Below, in pieces: positions 20,235 to 30,828 of a DNA stretch of 64,000 bases; position 1 is the stretch's first letter, and every line of letters starts with the position of its first letter. The notes under the pieces were generated by a model. It saw only the letters and a list, made by a program, of their open reading frames with translations. It was not told the origin of the DNA and searched no databases. Made by a program: the position numbers and the translations under genes. This DNA is from an uncultured Phycisphaerales bacterium (lineage in GTDB: Bacteria; Planctomycetota; Phycisphaerae; Tepidisphaerales; Tepidisphaeraceae): positions 3,136,001 through 3,200,000 of the forward strand of contig CAVWLP010000002.1 in the NCBI GenBank assembly GCA_963755915.1, in the 5' to 3' direction.

Positions 20235-21713
20235 CTAAGAAACCGTTGGCTCTGAGGTTGCCTGGATAATTAATGTCTCTGGATCGATCACCTTTTGTGG
20301 CTCCGGTTCATCCGGAATCGGTTCAACGGCCTGGTTTTCCCGCTGCTTGCCGTAAATGTAGACGCGATACAGGAAGAGCAGGGACAGGGCTTGAAGCACG
20401 GTCGTCCAGATCGGGGCGTAGCGATAATAATGCGAGCTGCCGTTGAGCTTCCATTTCAACGCATCGAGCAGCAAGCCTAGCAGGGGCCCTCCGCCGATGA
20501 CGGCGATCGATCGAATCATCGCATCCGCGGAGCAGAATTGGCCGAACTTGTCCTTGGGAAGCAGCCGCATGTACATGGGCAATGATCCCGCGGTGTAGAG
20601 GATCGTGGCGGGCAAAACGGTGAGGCTGTACGTCGTATAGATCACCATCGAGACCCGCGGCGACGGATCGAAGAAAAGCCAGACGAGCAGCACTGGCGAA
20701 AGTACGACGATGATTGCGGTACTTATCAGCATGATGCGCACGGGATGAATTCGATCGACCATCATCCCGGCCGGATAAAGCAGCAAAACGCTGATAACCG
20801 CCGACCATCCGGCCACCTTGCCAAGTTGTCCGAGGCTCATTCCGAGCGACAAGTAAAGGTAAACCATGAAAGGCCCGGTGCAGGCGGCCGCGGCCCAAAA
20901 CATGTTGGACAGGAAAAAATCCCAGTAAAACCGGCTGTTGAAGCACTCGACGAAGTAGGTGCGTGCCGAAGCGAAAATGCCGGGCTGGCGCTCGGTTTCC
21001 TCGGCGGGGTCCGGATACTGCCCTTCTTTGACGTTCAGGCACATCAGCGTGAACGACACCAAATAGGCAACCGCGGCTCCCAGAAAAATCTCCCGCATGT
21101 ACGATCGGGAGTAGGGAAAGATGAAGAACTCAAAAAGAACGGTTGCCCCGGAGGCAATGACGCGAAACAGCGAAAGGAAGCGGCCGATAAACGCCTGCGG
21201 GACCACGTCATTGAAGAGGAAATAATAAATCGAATTGATGATCATGTTGAAAAATTGAAACATGATCGTGAACACCCCTACGAGAACGAGCGAAATTGTG
21301 ATTGGCGAGAAATGGCCCAGAAAATCGAGGATCTGATTGATGATTCGCGCCAGCGAGTCGGAATATCCCATCAGGATGAGAAACAGCGTCAGTGGCGGTG
21401 TGGCCCAGAAGAGGAATGGAAGACGTCGGCCCCAGCGGCTTCGGTATCGGTCCGATCGCGTGCTGACAATCGGGTTGACCACGAAATTCATGGCGTTGGG
21501 GATGGTGCTCAGGATAACCGCCGTGACGATGTTCGATGCATTTAGCCCCTGCAATTTCAGCGGGAGGACCTGGATGGCGACCATTTCCATCAGTTGGAAG
21601 CAGAAATTGCCCCACAGCAGCCATAGAAAGAGCATGGCCAGGCCGGCCGAAGTATATTTGAGCGTTCCGACGTGAAAGCGCCGCGAATCAGAACCTGGCG
21701 AGGCGGGGATCAT
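20235..21713 (-). CDS. MFS transporter (sugar/oligosaccharide type)
   Basis: About 12 hydrophobic segments; SDRYRSRWGRRLPF loop motif. ATG 21713 chosen as the likely start. Confidence 0.85.
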   Translation of the reverse strand: MIPASPGSDSRRFHVGTLKYTSAGLAMLFLWLLWGNFCFQLMEMVAIQVLPLKLQGLNASNIVTAVILSTIPNAMNFVVNPIVSTRSDRYRSRWGRRLPFLFWATPPLTLFLILMGYSDSLARIINQILDFLGHFSPITISLVLVGVFTIMFQFFNMIINSIYYFLFNDVVPQAFIGRFLSLFRVIASGATVLFEFFIFPYSRSYMREIFLGAAVAYLVSFTLMCLNVKEGQYPDPAEETERQPGIFASARTYFVECFNSRFYWDFFLSNMFWAAAACTGPFMVYLYLSLGMSLGQLGKVAGWSAVISVLLLYPAGMMVDRIHPVRIMLISTAIIVVLSPVLLVWLFFDPSPRVSMVIYTTYSLTVLPATILYTAGSLPMYMRLLPKDKFGQFCSADAMIRSIAVIGGGPLLGLLLDALKWKLNGSSHYYRYAPIWTTVLQALSLLFLYRVYIYGKQRENQAVEPIPDEPEPQKVIDPETLIIQATSEPTVS

Positions 21714-21957
21714 CGGGCCTTTCGCGTGATTTTCGCTTTTGGTTGGCTGGAGGCTTCCCGCGAAGGTATGCGGATTAATGGTTGCATTTCCGTCTGGCGG
21801 TTTGGCGGAATTGAGGGCATGATGAGGACTCGATGGAGCCTGGTGCGTTGCCGGTGTCGAGGGTTGTCGGAACAGACGTTTCTTGGTTGCCCGGTTACGG
21901 CGGCGTTCCGGCGCGGGAATTGCCACTGGAACGGACCAGCAAAGGGACTAATTCCAA

Positions 21958-21986
21958 TTGACTCCCATTGTCGGCAACGATATATT
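21958..21986 (+). promoter_or_regulatory. Promoter TTGACT-N17-TATATT containing operator copy 1 (ATTGTCGGCAACGATATATT, 21967-21986)
   Basis: Canonical spacing, 10 nt before the GntR ATG; the motif recurs four more times. Confidence 0.75.
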
Positions 21987-21996
21987 ATCAAAGTCT

Positions 21997-22737
21997 ATGA
22001 GAAAGTTAACTCGAAAATCGGGACCAAAGAAACTGGGTTTTGACCGGCTTAGCGACAGGGCTTACGAGCAGTTGCACCGGGGGATAATCGAGGGCCGGTT
22101 CCAACCGGGTGAGCGGTTGATTGAATTGCGGATTTCCAAGCTGCTGAAGGTTGGTCGCACACCGCTGCGCGAGGCTTTTTTGCGTCTCGCCGCCGAAGGC
22201 CTGGTTGAAGGCGTCCCGGGCGTTGGGTTCTTCGTGAAGAACATGACGCTGAAGGACTTGGATGAATTGTTCCAGATCCGTGCGGCGCTGGAGTGCCTGT
22301 CGGTTCGTCTTTCGATGCAGCGCGGCTTCTCGGAACTGAGCCTGGTGGTCATGCGCGAATCCTGCGAGCGGTTGCGTAAGGCGCTAGTGGCGGGCGATTT
22401 CCGCAGCGCCAACAATGCCGATCTCGAATTTCATCGCGAGCTGATCGGGCTCGCCAACAGTCGCCGGTTGGAGACCGCCATACAGGGCAGCAATTTGCAG
22501 ATGCTGGCGTGGGAGTATCAGCGCAGCGGCCTCATGATCGTGCAGGATGAAAGCGATGTCGTGAAGGAGCATCTCCAGATTATCGCAGCGATGGAGCGGC
22601 GTGATGTTGACGAGGCGACAAGATTGCTCAACAGCCACATTACACTGGCCTTCCAGAAGGGGATCAAAGCGGCCATCGAACAGAAGGCGGTTGATTCGGT
22701 CCTCAACACCTCCGTGCCGATCGGAGATCTGTCGTAA
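21997..22737 (+). CDS. GntR/FadR family regulator with FCD domain (GntR-1)
   Basis: FQPGERLIE, VGRTPLREAFLRLAAEGLV, ELFQIRAALE, DLEFHREL, EHLQII. Confidence 0.92.
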   Translation: MRKLTRKSGPKKLGFDRLSDRAYEQLHRGIIEGRFQPGERLIELRISKLLKVGRTPLREAFLRLAAEGLVEGVPGVGFFVKNMTLKDLDELFQIRAALECLSVRLSMQRGFSELSLVVMRESCERLRKALVAGDFRSANNADLEFHRELIGLANSRRLETAIQGSNLQMLAWEYQRSGLMIVQDESDVVKEHLQIIAAMERRDVDEATRLLNSHITLAFQKGIKAAIEQKAVDSVLNTSVPIGDLS

Positions 22738-22913
22738 TTCAAGGATGAGCGAACTGGTTTGAAGGGCGAATTTTCGCTGACTGGCTCGGCCGGTTGACAG
22801 TTGTTCAGCGTCGGGTGGGAGTCGAGTTGATTTATTAGAGTGAGGGTGCGCTGATTGAGCAGGGCTGAGTTGCGCCTTCAATGGGTCTTGTGTCGCCATT
22901 TTGGGAGGCTTTT

Positions 22914-23795
22914 GTGCCGAGGGTCACTTCAGTTTCATCTTTGGGATGGGCGCATTACACCTTATACGAGGCGCTGCCAAGAATGGCGGCGAGAGGTTTC
23001 ACGCGAATCGAAATCGCGAGTTTTCAGAGCTATTGCTTTCATTTTAACTTTGGAAGCCCGACTCCAACGGAGTTGCGTCGCATGTTGGATGAACACGGCC
23101 TGGAACCGATTTGCCTGAATTTCGATTCCGGTACGTACCAGGCGTGGATCCCCGAGGAAATCAATCGTTTTGTCGCCGACTCAACGCGCAAAATCCAGCA
23201 GTTGAGCGAGGTGGGTATTCCGATGATGACCATGAGCTTCGGCACGCGAACAACGCGCAACGACCACAAATACCAGTTGGGAAACGAGCTAAAGGCCTAC
23301 GATGCGGTTGCGAAGGTTAGCGCTCGCTATGGCGTAAAAATGCTCCTCGAGGTGCCGCATCTTTACGGTAACATGTGGAGTGCCGAAGATGCGCTGTGGG
23401 TTTTTTCGCGCCTCGATAACGCAAATGTTGGCGCTCTGGTTGATTCGAGCCATTGGGGCATCATCGGCTACGATCTTCGCAGCTTTTTGATGGCGCTGGG
23501 CGATCGCCTGTGGCACGTGCACTTGCGCGATTCAGACGGGGAGGATACGGCCAATTTTCGCCAGCAGCTTGAATTGACCCCGGGTGACGGCTCGGTCGAT
23601 TTCCGCTATTTCGGGCAGGTGCTGGATTCACTGGGGTACTCGGGCGACGTTTCGCTGGATTTTGAGTATCGGGACAAGACGCTTGGGGCGATTGAAACCG
23701 AGTTCAGCAAGGGATTGAAGCAGCTTGAGAAGTTGGGCTGGGAATTGCCCGACCGTGTTCGCCGCGACGCTGTGGCGATGGTTTACGGGCCGTGA
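22914..23795 (+). CDS. Sugar phosphate isomerase/epimerase (xylose-isomerase-like TIM barrel)
   Basis: LLEVPH, LVDSSH, WHVHLRD, PGDGSVDF, SLDFE metal motifs; GGGAGG RBS before GTG 22914. Confidence 0.8.
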   Translation: MPRVTSVSSLGWAHYTLYEALPRMAARGFTRIEIASFQSYCFHFNFGSPTPTELRRMLDEHGLEPICLNFDSGTYQAWIPEEINRFVADSTRKIQQLSEVGIPMMTMSFGTRTTRNDHKYQLGNELKAYDAVAKVSARYGVKMLLEVPHLYGNMWSAEDALWVFSRLDNANVGALVDSSHWGIIGYDLRSFLMALGDRLWHVHLRDSDGEDTANFRQQLELTPGDGSVDFRYFGQVLDSLGYSGDVSLDFEYRDKTLGAIETEFSKGLKQLEKLGWELPDRVRRDAVAMVYGP

Positions 23796-23836
23796 GGTCT
23801 TAAGCAAAAAAATACACGGCGGCGGCCCGATTTTTA

Positions 23837-23865
23837 TTGCCGTACATTGTCGACAGTGATATATT
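23837..23865 (+). promoter_or_regulatory. Promoter TTGCCG-N17-TATATT containing operator copy 2 (ATTGTCGACAGTGATATATT, 23846-23865)
   Basis: Same architecture as 21958 and 32948. Confidence 0.78.
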
Positions 23866-23875
23866 CCGGCTCGTC

Positions 23876-24658
23876 ATGACCAAAAAATGTTGCACGAGCC
23901 GTCTGGAAAGTAAGGGGTTTACGCTCGTCGAACTTCTCGTCGTGATCGGCATCATCGCGATCCTGATCTCCTTGTTGCTCCCCGCTCTCAACAATGCGCG
24001 AAACCAGGCCAACACCGTCGCCTGCATGAACAACCTCCGGCAGCAAGGGCTTGCGCTGCGAATGTATGCCAACGACAACCAGGGCCACCTGATGTACGCG
24101 CAGTATTACGCAGACTATCTTGGCCGGTATCTCGGCATCGCGGGCGACCCCACTCACGGCGTTTCAAGCGAAACCGAATCTCACAATGCCTGGTTTGGCG
24201 ACTACCTTCCGCGGGACCAGGTTTTCTGGTGCCCATCGTTGGGTACAGAGTGGGTCGGCGACGTGGCCTACGGCTTGAATTACCCCAACGTGTTCAGCGA
24301 CGGCGAAGTGGGTTGGAACACCGATTTTCCCGATGGCGCTGACAGCCGCAAGCTCGATAAGGTCCCAAGTACCACTTATCTCGTCTGTGATGCCCTTAAC
24401 GCTTATGTGTTCTCCCCAAACTGGTACCCGATGACGATCAGCCTTGCCCATATTGGCATTCCGGACTCCTATTTCTTCATCCAGTTCGAGCAGCAGCCGA
24501 TCCCTTACTATTTGTTTTTCAATGGCGCCCGTCCCCGGCACTCTGTCAAGCAGATGGGGATCAACTTTTTATTCTGCGATGGTTCGGTTCAAACGCATAC
24601 GCTTTACGACTTCTGCAAAAATAATTACCAGCTCTGGGGACATCCCGACCGGCCATAG
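23876..24658 (+). CDS. Prepilin-type N-terminal cleavage/methylation protein with H-X9-DG-like C-terminal motif (DUF1559-like)
   Basis: [28 protein letters not shown]......C.NNLRQ.G and [18 protein letters not shown]. Confidence 0.92.
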   Translation: MTKKCCTSRLESKGFTLVELLVVIGIIAILISLLLPALNNARNQANTVACMNNLRQQGLALRMYANDNQGHLMYAQYYADYLGRYLGIAGDPTHGVSSETESHNAWFGDYLPRDQVFWCPSLGTEWVGDVAYGLNYPNVFSDGEVGWNTDFPDGADSRKLDKVPSTTYLVCDALNAYVFSPNWYPMTISLAHIGIPDSYFFIQFEQQPIPYYLFFNGARPRHSVKQMGINFLFCDGSVQTHTLYDFCKNNYQLWGHPDRP

Positions 24659-24781
24659 AGCCCGGGAGGCTGGGTGAATTACCGTGGAGTGCGACTGACA
24701 AAACAGGCTTGAAAAGATCATCTGGAGAAATGTGCGGGCGTCTCGGCGTGCCGTTACGAAGTGACTTTTGGAGGTGTGATC

Positions 24782-26638
24782 ATGGTTTCTCGTCGAACAG
24801 CGATTAATGGATCGATCCTTGCGCTAAGCGCGATCGCCGCTGCTCCAACCTTTGCGACGAATCTAGTGTTCAACAATTCGCGAAGCGATGGCAAAACCTA
24901 CGTGGGGTTTTATTCAAATTCGTCCGATCCTCTGAGTACCTACGGAACGGATGTGAACTTTGGCTCGGCCAGCACCGGAACGACAACGGTCGTTCAGAAT
25001 GCGAGCAACACCGACACCTTCAACTATCAGGAAGGCAACGGATGGACGCCGGACGTGGCGATGTCGTACAGCGTCGGCGGCGCTCAGGCGGTGGGAGTTT
25101 ACTATACGGGCGCTGCCAGCGATTGGCCCAATGGCGCGGCGCTGCTCGGCGGAAACTTTCCCAACGATCCTAACGACGATTTCTATTTCACCTTCACTCC
25201 TTCGCCGGGCTATGCGGTTCGGCTCAATTCGTACGAGCTCGTTGCCGGATCGTATGACGACATCCGAACGACCTGCACGGTATATGAGAACACGATCGGC
25301 GGGCCGGAAATGGTGCCGACGACAACCACCGTTGGCATCGCCGACTCACCTGGCAGTAGCTCCACCTTCAATCTGGCGGCGAATTATGGGTCGACGTTTT
25401 ATGAGGGGACGCTGATCCTCGACGTTCATCAAACCACCGGCAACCCTGGCGATGTGGGAATCACCAATCTGAATTTCGACCAGGAGTACGTCGCGGCGAC
25501 GGGTGAATGGGCTGTCGCTAGTTCCGGGGACTGGAATGTGGCCAGCAACTGGGGCGGCGACGCCGTGCCCAATGGAGTCGGCGCCACCGCGACCCTGGGC
25601 CAGGTCATTATGACTTCGCAGACCGTCTTCACGAATAGCGCGATAACGCTGGGCACACTGACATTCAACAATTCCAATCAGTACGTTCTCACGGGGGCCG
25701 GCAGCCTGACGCTGCAAACGAATTCCGGCAACGCGATGGTTAATGTCGAGCAGGGATCGCACACGCTGAACCTGCCGACAACGCTGGCGAGCAATACCAC
25801 GTTCGACGTCGCTTCTAGCGCAACGCTGGTGGTCGGAAACCCGCTGACGATCAATTCGGGGGAAACGCTGACGACCAGCGGTGGCGGCACAGTGACCTAT
25901 GAGTCAACGGTAACCGTAGCCAGCGACGCTTCGGTCGCGTTTGCCGACAACAGCAGCGCGGACGGGATCACGGTGGCTTCAGGGGGCGTGGCCAACATCA
26001 GCGGCTCAAAAGGGACCGTCGTTGAGGTCAACAACCTTTCCAACAGCGGAACATTCAACGTCGGCACCGGTGAGTTGCTCGTCGATTATGGATCGAATTC
26101 GGACCCGATCTCCTCAATTGTGGCACAAATCAAAAGTGGCTACGCCAACGGTCACTGGAACGGCACGGGTATCATCTCTTCCGCGGCACAAACACATGCC
26201 GGCCTTGTCTACGGACTGGGATTTGCTGACGGAAAAGACGGCGTGGTTGCGGGCCTGAGTTCCGGTCAAATCGAAGTGAAATACACGTTGCTTGGGGATG
26301 CGAATCTTGACGGTGTCGTCAACGGCGCTGACTTCAGCATTCTGGCGGCCAACTTCGGCCAGAGCGCGAACGGCTGGGACCAGGGCGACTTTGACTACAA
26401 CGGCGTTGTGAACGGCAGCGACTTCGCGGCTTTGGCGGCGAATTTCGGCCAGGGCGCGAGCACGGGCTCGGCCGCGACCGCCAGCGACGTCGCTGCCCTT
26501 GACGCGTTCGCGGCGGCCAACGGCCTGCCCGCGCCGACCTTTGCAAGTGTGCCTGAGCCCGCCTCGATGGGGCTGCTCGTAGTCGGCCTGGTCGGGATGA
26601 TTGGCCGCCGCCGTAGAAACAGATGCTCAAACCCCTGA
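24782..26638 (+). CDS. PEP-CTERM surface protein 1: uncharacterised N-domain + beta-strand-rich stalk + dockerin-like Ca-binding pair
   Basis: Signal peptide; GDANLDGVVNGADFSILAANFG / GDFDYNGVVNGSDFAALAANFG; VPEPAS + TM + RRRR; GGAGG RBS. Confidence 0.9.
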   Translation: MVSRRTAINGSILALSAIAAAPTFATNLVFNNSRSDGKTYVGFYSNSSDPLSTYGTDVNFGSASTGTTTVVQNASNTDTFNYQEGNGWTPDVAMSYSVGGAQAVGVYYTGAASDWPNGAALLGGNFPNDPNDDFYFTFTPSPGYAVRLNSYELVAGSYDDIRTTCTVYENTIGGPEMVPTTTTVGIADSPGSSSTFNLAANYGSTFYEGTLILDVHQTTGNPGDVGITNLNFDQEYVAATGEWAVASSGDWNVASNWGGDAVPNGVGATATLGQVIMTSQTVFTNSAITLGTLTFNNSNQYVLTGAGSLTLQTNSGNAMVNVEQGSHTLNLPTTLASNTTFDVASSATLVVGNPLTINSGETLTTSGGGTVTYESTVTVASDASVAFADNSSADGITVASGGVANISGSKGTVVEVNNLSNSGTFNVGTGELLVDYGSNSDPISSIVAQIKSGYANGHWNGTGIISSAAQTHAGLVYGLGFADGKDGVVAGLSSGQIEVKYTLLGDANLDGVVNGADFSILAANFGQSANGWDQGDFDYNGVVNGSDFAALAANFGQGASTGSAATASDVAALDAFAAANGLPAPTFASVPEPASMGLLVVGLVGMIGRRRRNRCSNP

Positions 26639-26719
26639 CTTCTCGATGGGAATAGGCAACTGGGAGAAATGTGTTAGGACAATAAAAGTCGTAACGAAGT
26701 GAAATTTGGAGGTGTGATC

Positions 26720-28576
26720 ATGGTTTCTCGTCGAAAGGCAATGAAAGGCTCGATTGCAGTGCTGAGCGCGGTAGCTGTGCGCTCTGCATTTGCCACGGAT
26801 CTGGAATTTGACAACACCCGTAGCGACGGGCAGTCGTACGTGGGGAGCTATTCGGACACGACCGATCCTTTGAGCACGTACGGAACGGATGTGAACTTCG
26901 GCTCGGCGACGACGGGAAGCACGAGCGTCTATCAGAATTTCATCAACACCTACACGTTCAACTACAACATCGGCAACGGGTGGACGCCGAATGTGTCGAT
27001 GGCGTATAGCTCTGCCGGCGCCCAGGCGGTGGGCATTACTTACACCGGCCCGGCGAGCGTTTGGCCCAACGGCGCTGCCGAATTACAGGGAATGGGTGCC
27101 AACAATCCCAATGATGATTTCTATTTCACGTTCACGCCGGCCCCGGGTTATGCCGTACGCATTAACTCCTACGATCTAGTCAACGGCTCCTACGGCGCCA
27201 TTTCGTCCGCCGGGACGATTTACGAAGGCGCCGTCGGCGGTCAGACGTTGGTGCCAACCTTTGTGCCGGCTAACGTAGGCTCGGGACCCGGGCAGGATGT
27301 TACGGTCGACCTGCTGGATGACTACGGTTCGACATTTTATACGGGTACGCTGATTTTAGACGTTCACATGACCAACGGTAATCCCGGCGATCTTGGTCTT
27401 ACCAACTTGAACTTCGATCAGGAGTTGGTGGCGGGTCCCGGTGCGTGGGGAAATTTTGGTTCCGGTGACTGGAACAACGCAAACAACTGGGGCGGCGGTG
27501 TTGTGCCGAACGGTGTCGGCACGTCGGCTACCTTTGGCAGCGCAATCAGTTCCGCCGAAACGGTCTACACGAACAGCCCGGTCACCGTCGGCTCGATGAC
27601 ATTCGACAACACGAATGAATACCTCATCGGCGGTTCGGGCCCCCTGACGTTGCAGAACAACTCCGGCAGCGCGACCGTTAACGTGCAGGAAGGGACGCAT
27701 GAAATTGACCTGCCAACGATCGTTGCCAGCAACACCGTGTTTGATGTCACTTCCGGTGCTTCACTTATTATCGGTAACCCATTGACGATCAACTCCGGAA
27801 ACACGCTCACAACCACCGGTGGTGGCGCGGTCACCTATGAATCGAAAATAACCGTGCAGAGCAGTGCGTCGATCGCCTTTTCCAACTCCACGCATGCCTA
27901 TGAGCTTTCGGTGGCGTCCGGCGGCAATGCGAGCATCACGAGTCCAAATGGAGGCGTCATCGTCGAAGTCGACAATCTCGCCAACAGCGGAACCGTAGAT
28001 ATTGCCAACAACGAGATGATCGTGAACTACGGCTCCGGGAGCGACCCCGTTCAGTCGATTCGGCAGGAGCTCCTTTCCGGCTATAACAACGGCGGCTGGA
28101 ACGGCACGGGAATTATCTCCTCCGTCGCGCAGACGCCGACCAACGGTTTGCGCTACGGCGTCGGCTGGGCGGACAGCAAGGACAATGTCGTATCAGGCCT
28201 GAGCTCGGGTCAGATCGAAATCAAATACACACTCCTCGGCGATGCAAATCTCGACGGCACCGTGAACGGAAGCGACTTCAGCATTCTGGCTGCCAACTTC
28301 GGCCTCGGTCATACCAATTGGGACCAGGGCGATTTCCTTTTCGCGTCCTCCGTCAACGGGTCCGACTTCAGTGCTCTGGCCGCCAATTTTGGCCAGGGCG
28401 ACAACTACGCCGCGGGAACCACCGCGGCTGACTGGGCTGCGCTGGACGCCTTTGCCGCCGCCAATGGTTTACCTTTGCCAACTCCGGCAGCTGTGCCTGA
28501 GCCCGCGTCGATGGGTATTCTCGCGCTGGGCGTAGTCGGCCTGATCAGCCGCCGCCGACGGCGAGTTATCGCCTGA
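26720..28576 (+). CDS. PEP-CTERM surface protein 2, paralog of protein 1
   Basis: Same architecture: DPLSTYGTDVNFGS, GNGWTPNV, GDANLDGTVNGSDF, VPEPASMG...RRRRR. Confidence 0.9.
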   Translation: MVSRRKAMKGSIAVLSAVAVRSAFATDLEFDNTRSDGQSYVGSYSDTTDPLSTYGTDVNFGSATTGSTSVYQNFINTYTFNYNIGNGWTPNVSMAYSSAGAQAVGITYTGPASVWPNGAAELQGMGANNPNDDFYFTFTPAPGYAVRINSYDLVNGSYGAISSAGTIYEGAVGGQTLVPTFVPANVGSGPGQDVTVDLLDDYGSTFYTGTLILDVHMTNGNPGDLGLTNLNFDQELVAGPGAWGNFGSGDWNNANNWGGGVVPNGVGTSATFGSAISSAETVYTNSPVTVGSMTFDNTNEYLIGGSGPLTLQNNSGSATVNVQEGTHEIDLPTIVASNTVFDVTSGASLIIGNPLTINSGNTLTTTGGGAVTYESKITVQSSASIAFSNSTHAYELSVASGGNASITSPNGGVIVEVDNLANSGTVDIANNEMIVNYGSGSDPVQSIRQELLSGYNNGGWNGTGIISSVAQTPTNGLRYGVGWADSKDNVVSGLSSGQIEIKYTLLGDANLDGTVNGSDFSILAANFGLGHTNWDQGDFLFASSVNGSDFSALAANFGQGDNYAAGTTAADWAALDAFAAANGLPLPTPAAVPEPASMGILALGVVGLISRRRRRVIA

Positions 28577-28595
28577 CAGCCGCGGGCCGATCATT

Positions 28596-30821
28596 ATGAA
28601 AAGAATCTCAAAGCGGTATATTCTTCTTGCCGGCGCTTTCTTCGGCACACCCGCGTACGCGCAGGAAAAATCCCTGATTGAATGGGGTTACGACAGCCCC
28701 GACACCAGCTTCTTCCAGGGAAATCTCCCGGCGATGGAGCAAACGCCGTTTGCGGGTACGGTCTTCACGGCTCGCCCCAACACGGGAACAAACAACGAGT
28801 TTTCCTGGGATTCTTGGGGAACGACGGTCTACACCCAGGCGCAGATGCAGCAGGCGGTGAATAACCTTCAAGCCGTCACCAATTGGGGCAATTTCAATCA
28901 GAATTTTCTGCGGTTCAATACAACTCCGGGGAACGTCGATTGGTTCGATAGCTTTAATTCGATCCTCTCGAATGTGGGAACCGCGGCCTGGATCGTTCAG
29001 CAGGCGAGCGCAGGCGTCCAAGGGCTATGGTTCGACGACGAAGCCTATCAGGGGCAGCTCTGGGAATACTCAGCCCAAAAATATACGTCGACTTATTCTT
29101 TCGCCCAGTATGAGGCGCAGGTTGAACTTCGCGGCGAGCAGGTGATGAATGCGATCCAGGCCGTCGATCCCAATATCACCATCGTGATTCCCAACGCCTT
29201 TGAAGACGTCTGGGAGGACATCGACGGAAACCTCAACAACTTGCAAAGCAACGCCTATGGTCTGCTGCCGGCGTTTCTCAATGGAATGATCGAGGCGGCG
29301 GGATCGGGGATTAAGCTGGTTGACGGAGACGAAAGCACGTATGGCGACAAAACCCTTTCGCAATTCGAGGCCAACAGAACCACAATCCTCTCGACGGATC
29401 TTCCGCTGGTCCAGGATCCGACGAAATATTTGCAGCTCATGGGGGTCTCTTCGGGCACGTTCATGGACCTTGGGCACGCGACCGGTCAGTGGTACACCAA
29501 TCCCTCGCAGTTCAATTTAAATTACTTCACACCGTCCGGGTTTCAGACCGCCGTTACCGATTCGCTCCAGGTTGCTGATCAATACGCCTACGTCTACAGC
29601 GAAACGAGTTTCTGGTGGCCCTCCAACGGAGTGGACAACGTTCCCACGGCCTACATCCAGGCCGCGCAGGCAGCCGCGATTGCGGGCAATCCAAATTCCT
29701 GGGCGATTAGCGGCTCGGGAGACTGGACAAATGAGGCCAATTGGGCTGACGACATTGAGCCCAATGGCGTCGGCGCCCAGGCGATGTTCCTGCGCACGAT
29801 AACTTCTCCGGAAACGGTGTACACCAACAGCCCGGTTACCGTCGGGTCGATGACGTTCGATAACGTCTTTACCTACGTGATCGGCGGCGCCGGCAGCCTT
29901 ACCCTGCAGGTTTCGGCGGGCGACGCGAACATTACTGTCAACCACGGTTCCCATGAGATCGATCTCCCGATGACGATCGCCAGCAACACGGTTTTCGATG
30001 TCGCCAGCGGCGCGGCGCTGGTGATCGACAACCCAATGACGATCGATCCCGGGGTGACCCTGGTGCAAAGCGGCGCCGGCACGGTGACCTACAACTCGAT
30101 CGTCAATGTACTGGGCGGCGCTGCCGTTTCATTCGGGGCATCGGTGCATGCGGACAGCCTTTCACTCTCATCCGGTTCTACGGCGTCGGTAGCCGGTACG
30201 GGCACAACGCTCCAGGTGAACAGCCTCTCCAACGCGGGCACGATCGACCTTCAGAAAAACGCGCTCATGATCGACTATGGCGGCGGGGGAGATCCCATCG
30301 CTTCGGTCCGTGCTGAGCTTCTAAGCGGCTTTAACGGCGGCCTGTGGAACGGCCACGGGATTATTTCCTCCTCCATCGCACCGGGCACCGGAGGGTATCA
30401 ATATGGAATCGGATACGCCGACAGCGTCGACGGCGTCGTCGCCGGATTGAGTTCCGGCGAGATTGAAGTGAAATACACGCTGCTGGGCGACGCCAACCTC
30501 GATGGCGTGGTCAACGGCGCCGACCTGGCAATTTTCGAATCGAATTTTGGCCACCATGTGAACGGGTGGGATCAGGGTGACTTCACCTATGCCGGCACCG
30601 TAAATGCCGCCGATTTTGCCGGGCTGGCTGCGAATTTCATTCTGGACGACAGCAATCCCGGTGATTTGGCTTCGCTTGACGCATTTGCGGCCGCCAATGG
30701 ATTAATGGCCGATGTCCCCGAGCCGGCCAGCGTTGGGCTGGTTTCGCTGGGCGCGATTGCGGCGCTGGGCGCACGCCGGCGCCGAAAGCATGTGCACGCG
30801 ATGGCTCACGCCTCTTTGTGA
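28596..30821 (+). CDS. PEP-CTERM surface protein 3: putative GH-like TIM barrel + same stalk/dockerin-like/PEP-CTERM chassis
   Basis: N-domain (LIEWGYDSPDT, MEQTPFAGTVF, GLWFDDEAYQG, LVDGDESTY) is homologous to 33998-35179; C-terminal part matches proteins 1, 2 and 4. Confidence 0.85.
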   Translation: MKRISKRYILLAGAFFGTPAYAQEKSLIEWGYDSPDTSFFQGNLPAMEQTPFAGTVFTARPNTGTNNEFSWDSWGTTVYTQAQMQQAVNNLQAVTNWGNFNQNFLRFNTTPGNVDWFDSFNSILSNVGTAAWIVQQASAGVQGLWFDDEAYQGQLWEYSAQKYTSTYSFAQYEAQVELRGEQVMNAIQAVDPNITIVIPNAFEDVWEDIDGNLNNLQSNAYGLLPAFLNGMIEAAGSGIKLVDGDESTYGDKTLSQFEANRTTILSTDLPLVQDPTKYLQLMGVSSGTFMDLGHATGQWYTNPSQFNLNYFTPSGFQTAVTDSLQVADQYAYVYSETSFWWPSNGVDNVPTAYIQAAQAAAIAGNPNSWAISGSGDWTNEANWADDIEPNGVGAQAMFLRTITSPETVYTNSPVTVGSMTFDNVFTYVIGGAGSLTLQVSAGDANITVNHGSHEIDLPMTIASNTVFDVASGAALVIDNPMTIDPGVTLVQSGAGTVTYNSIVNVLGGAAVSFGASVHADSLSLSSGSTASVAGTGTTLQVNSLSNAGTIDLQKNALMIDYGGGGDPIASVRAELLSGFNGGLWNGHGIISSSIAPGTGGYQYGIGYADSVDGVVAGLSSGEIEVKYTLLGDANLDGVVNGADLAIFESNFGHHVNGWDQGDFTYAGTVNAADFAGLAANFILDDSNPGDLASLDAFAAANGLMADVPEPASVGLVSLGAIAALGARRRRKHVHAMAHASL

Positions 30822-30828
30822 GATTGAC

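Noticed and set aside
26290-26450. True cellulosome
   Set aside because: Dockerin-like loops are present but no cohesin or scaffoldin is in the window, and the proteins carry their own PEP-CTERM anchors.
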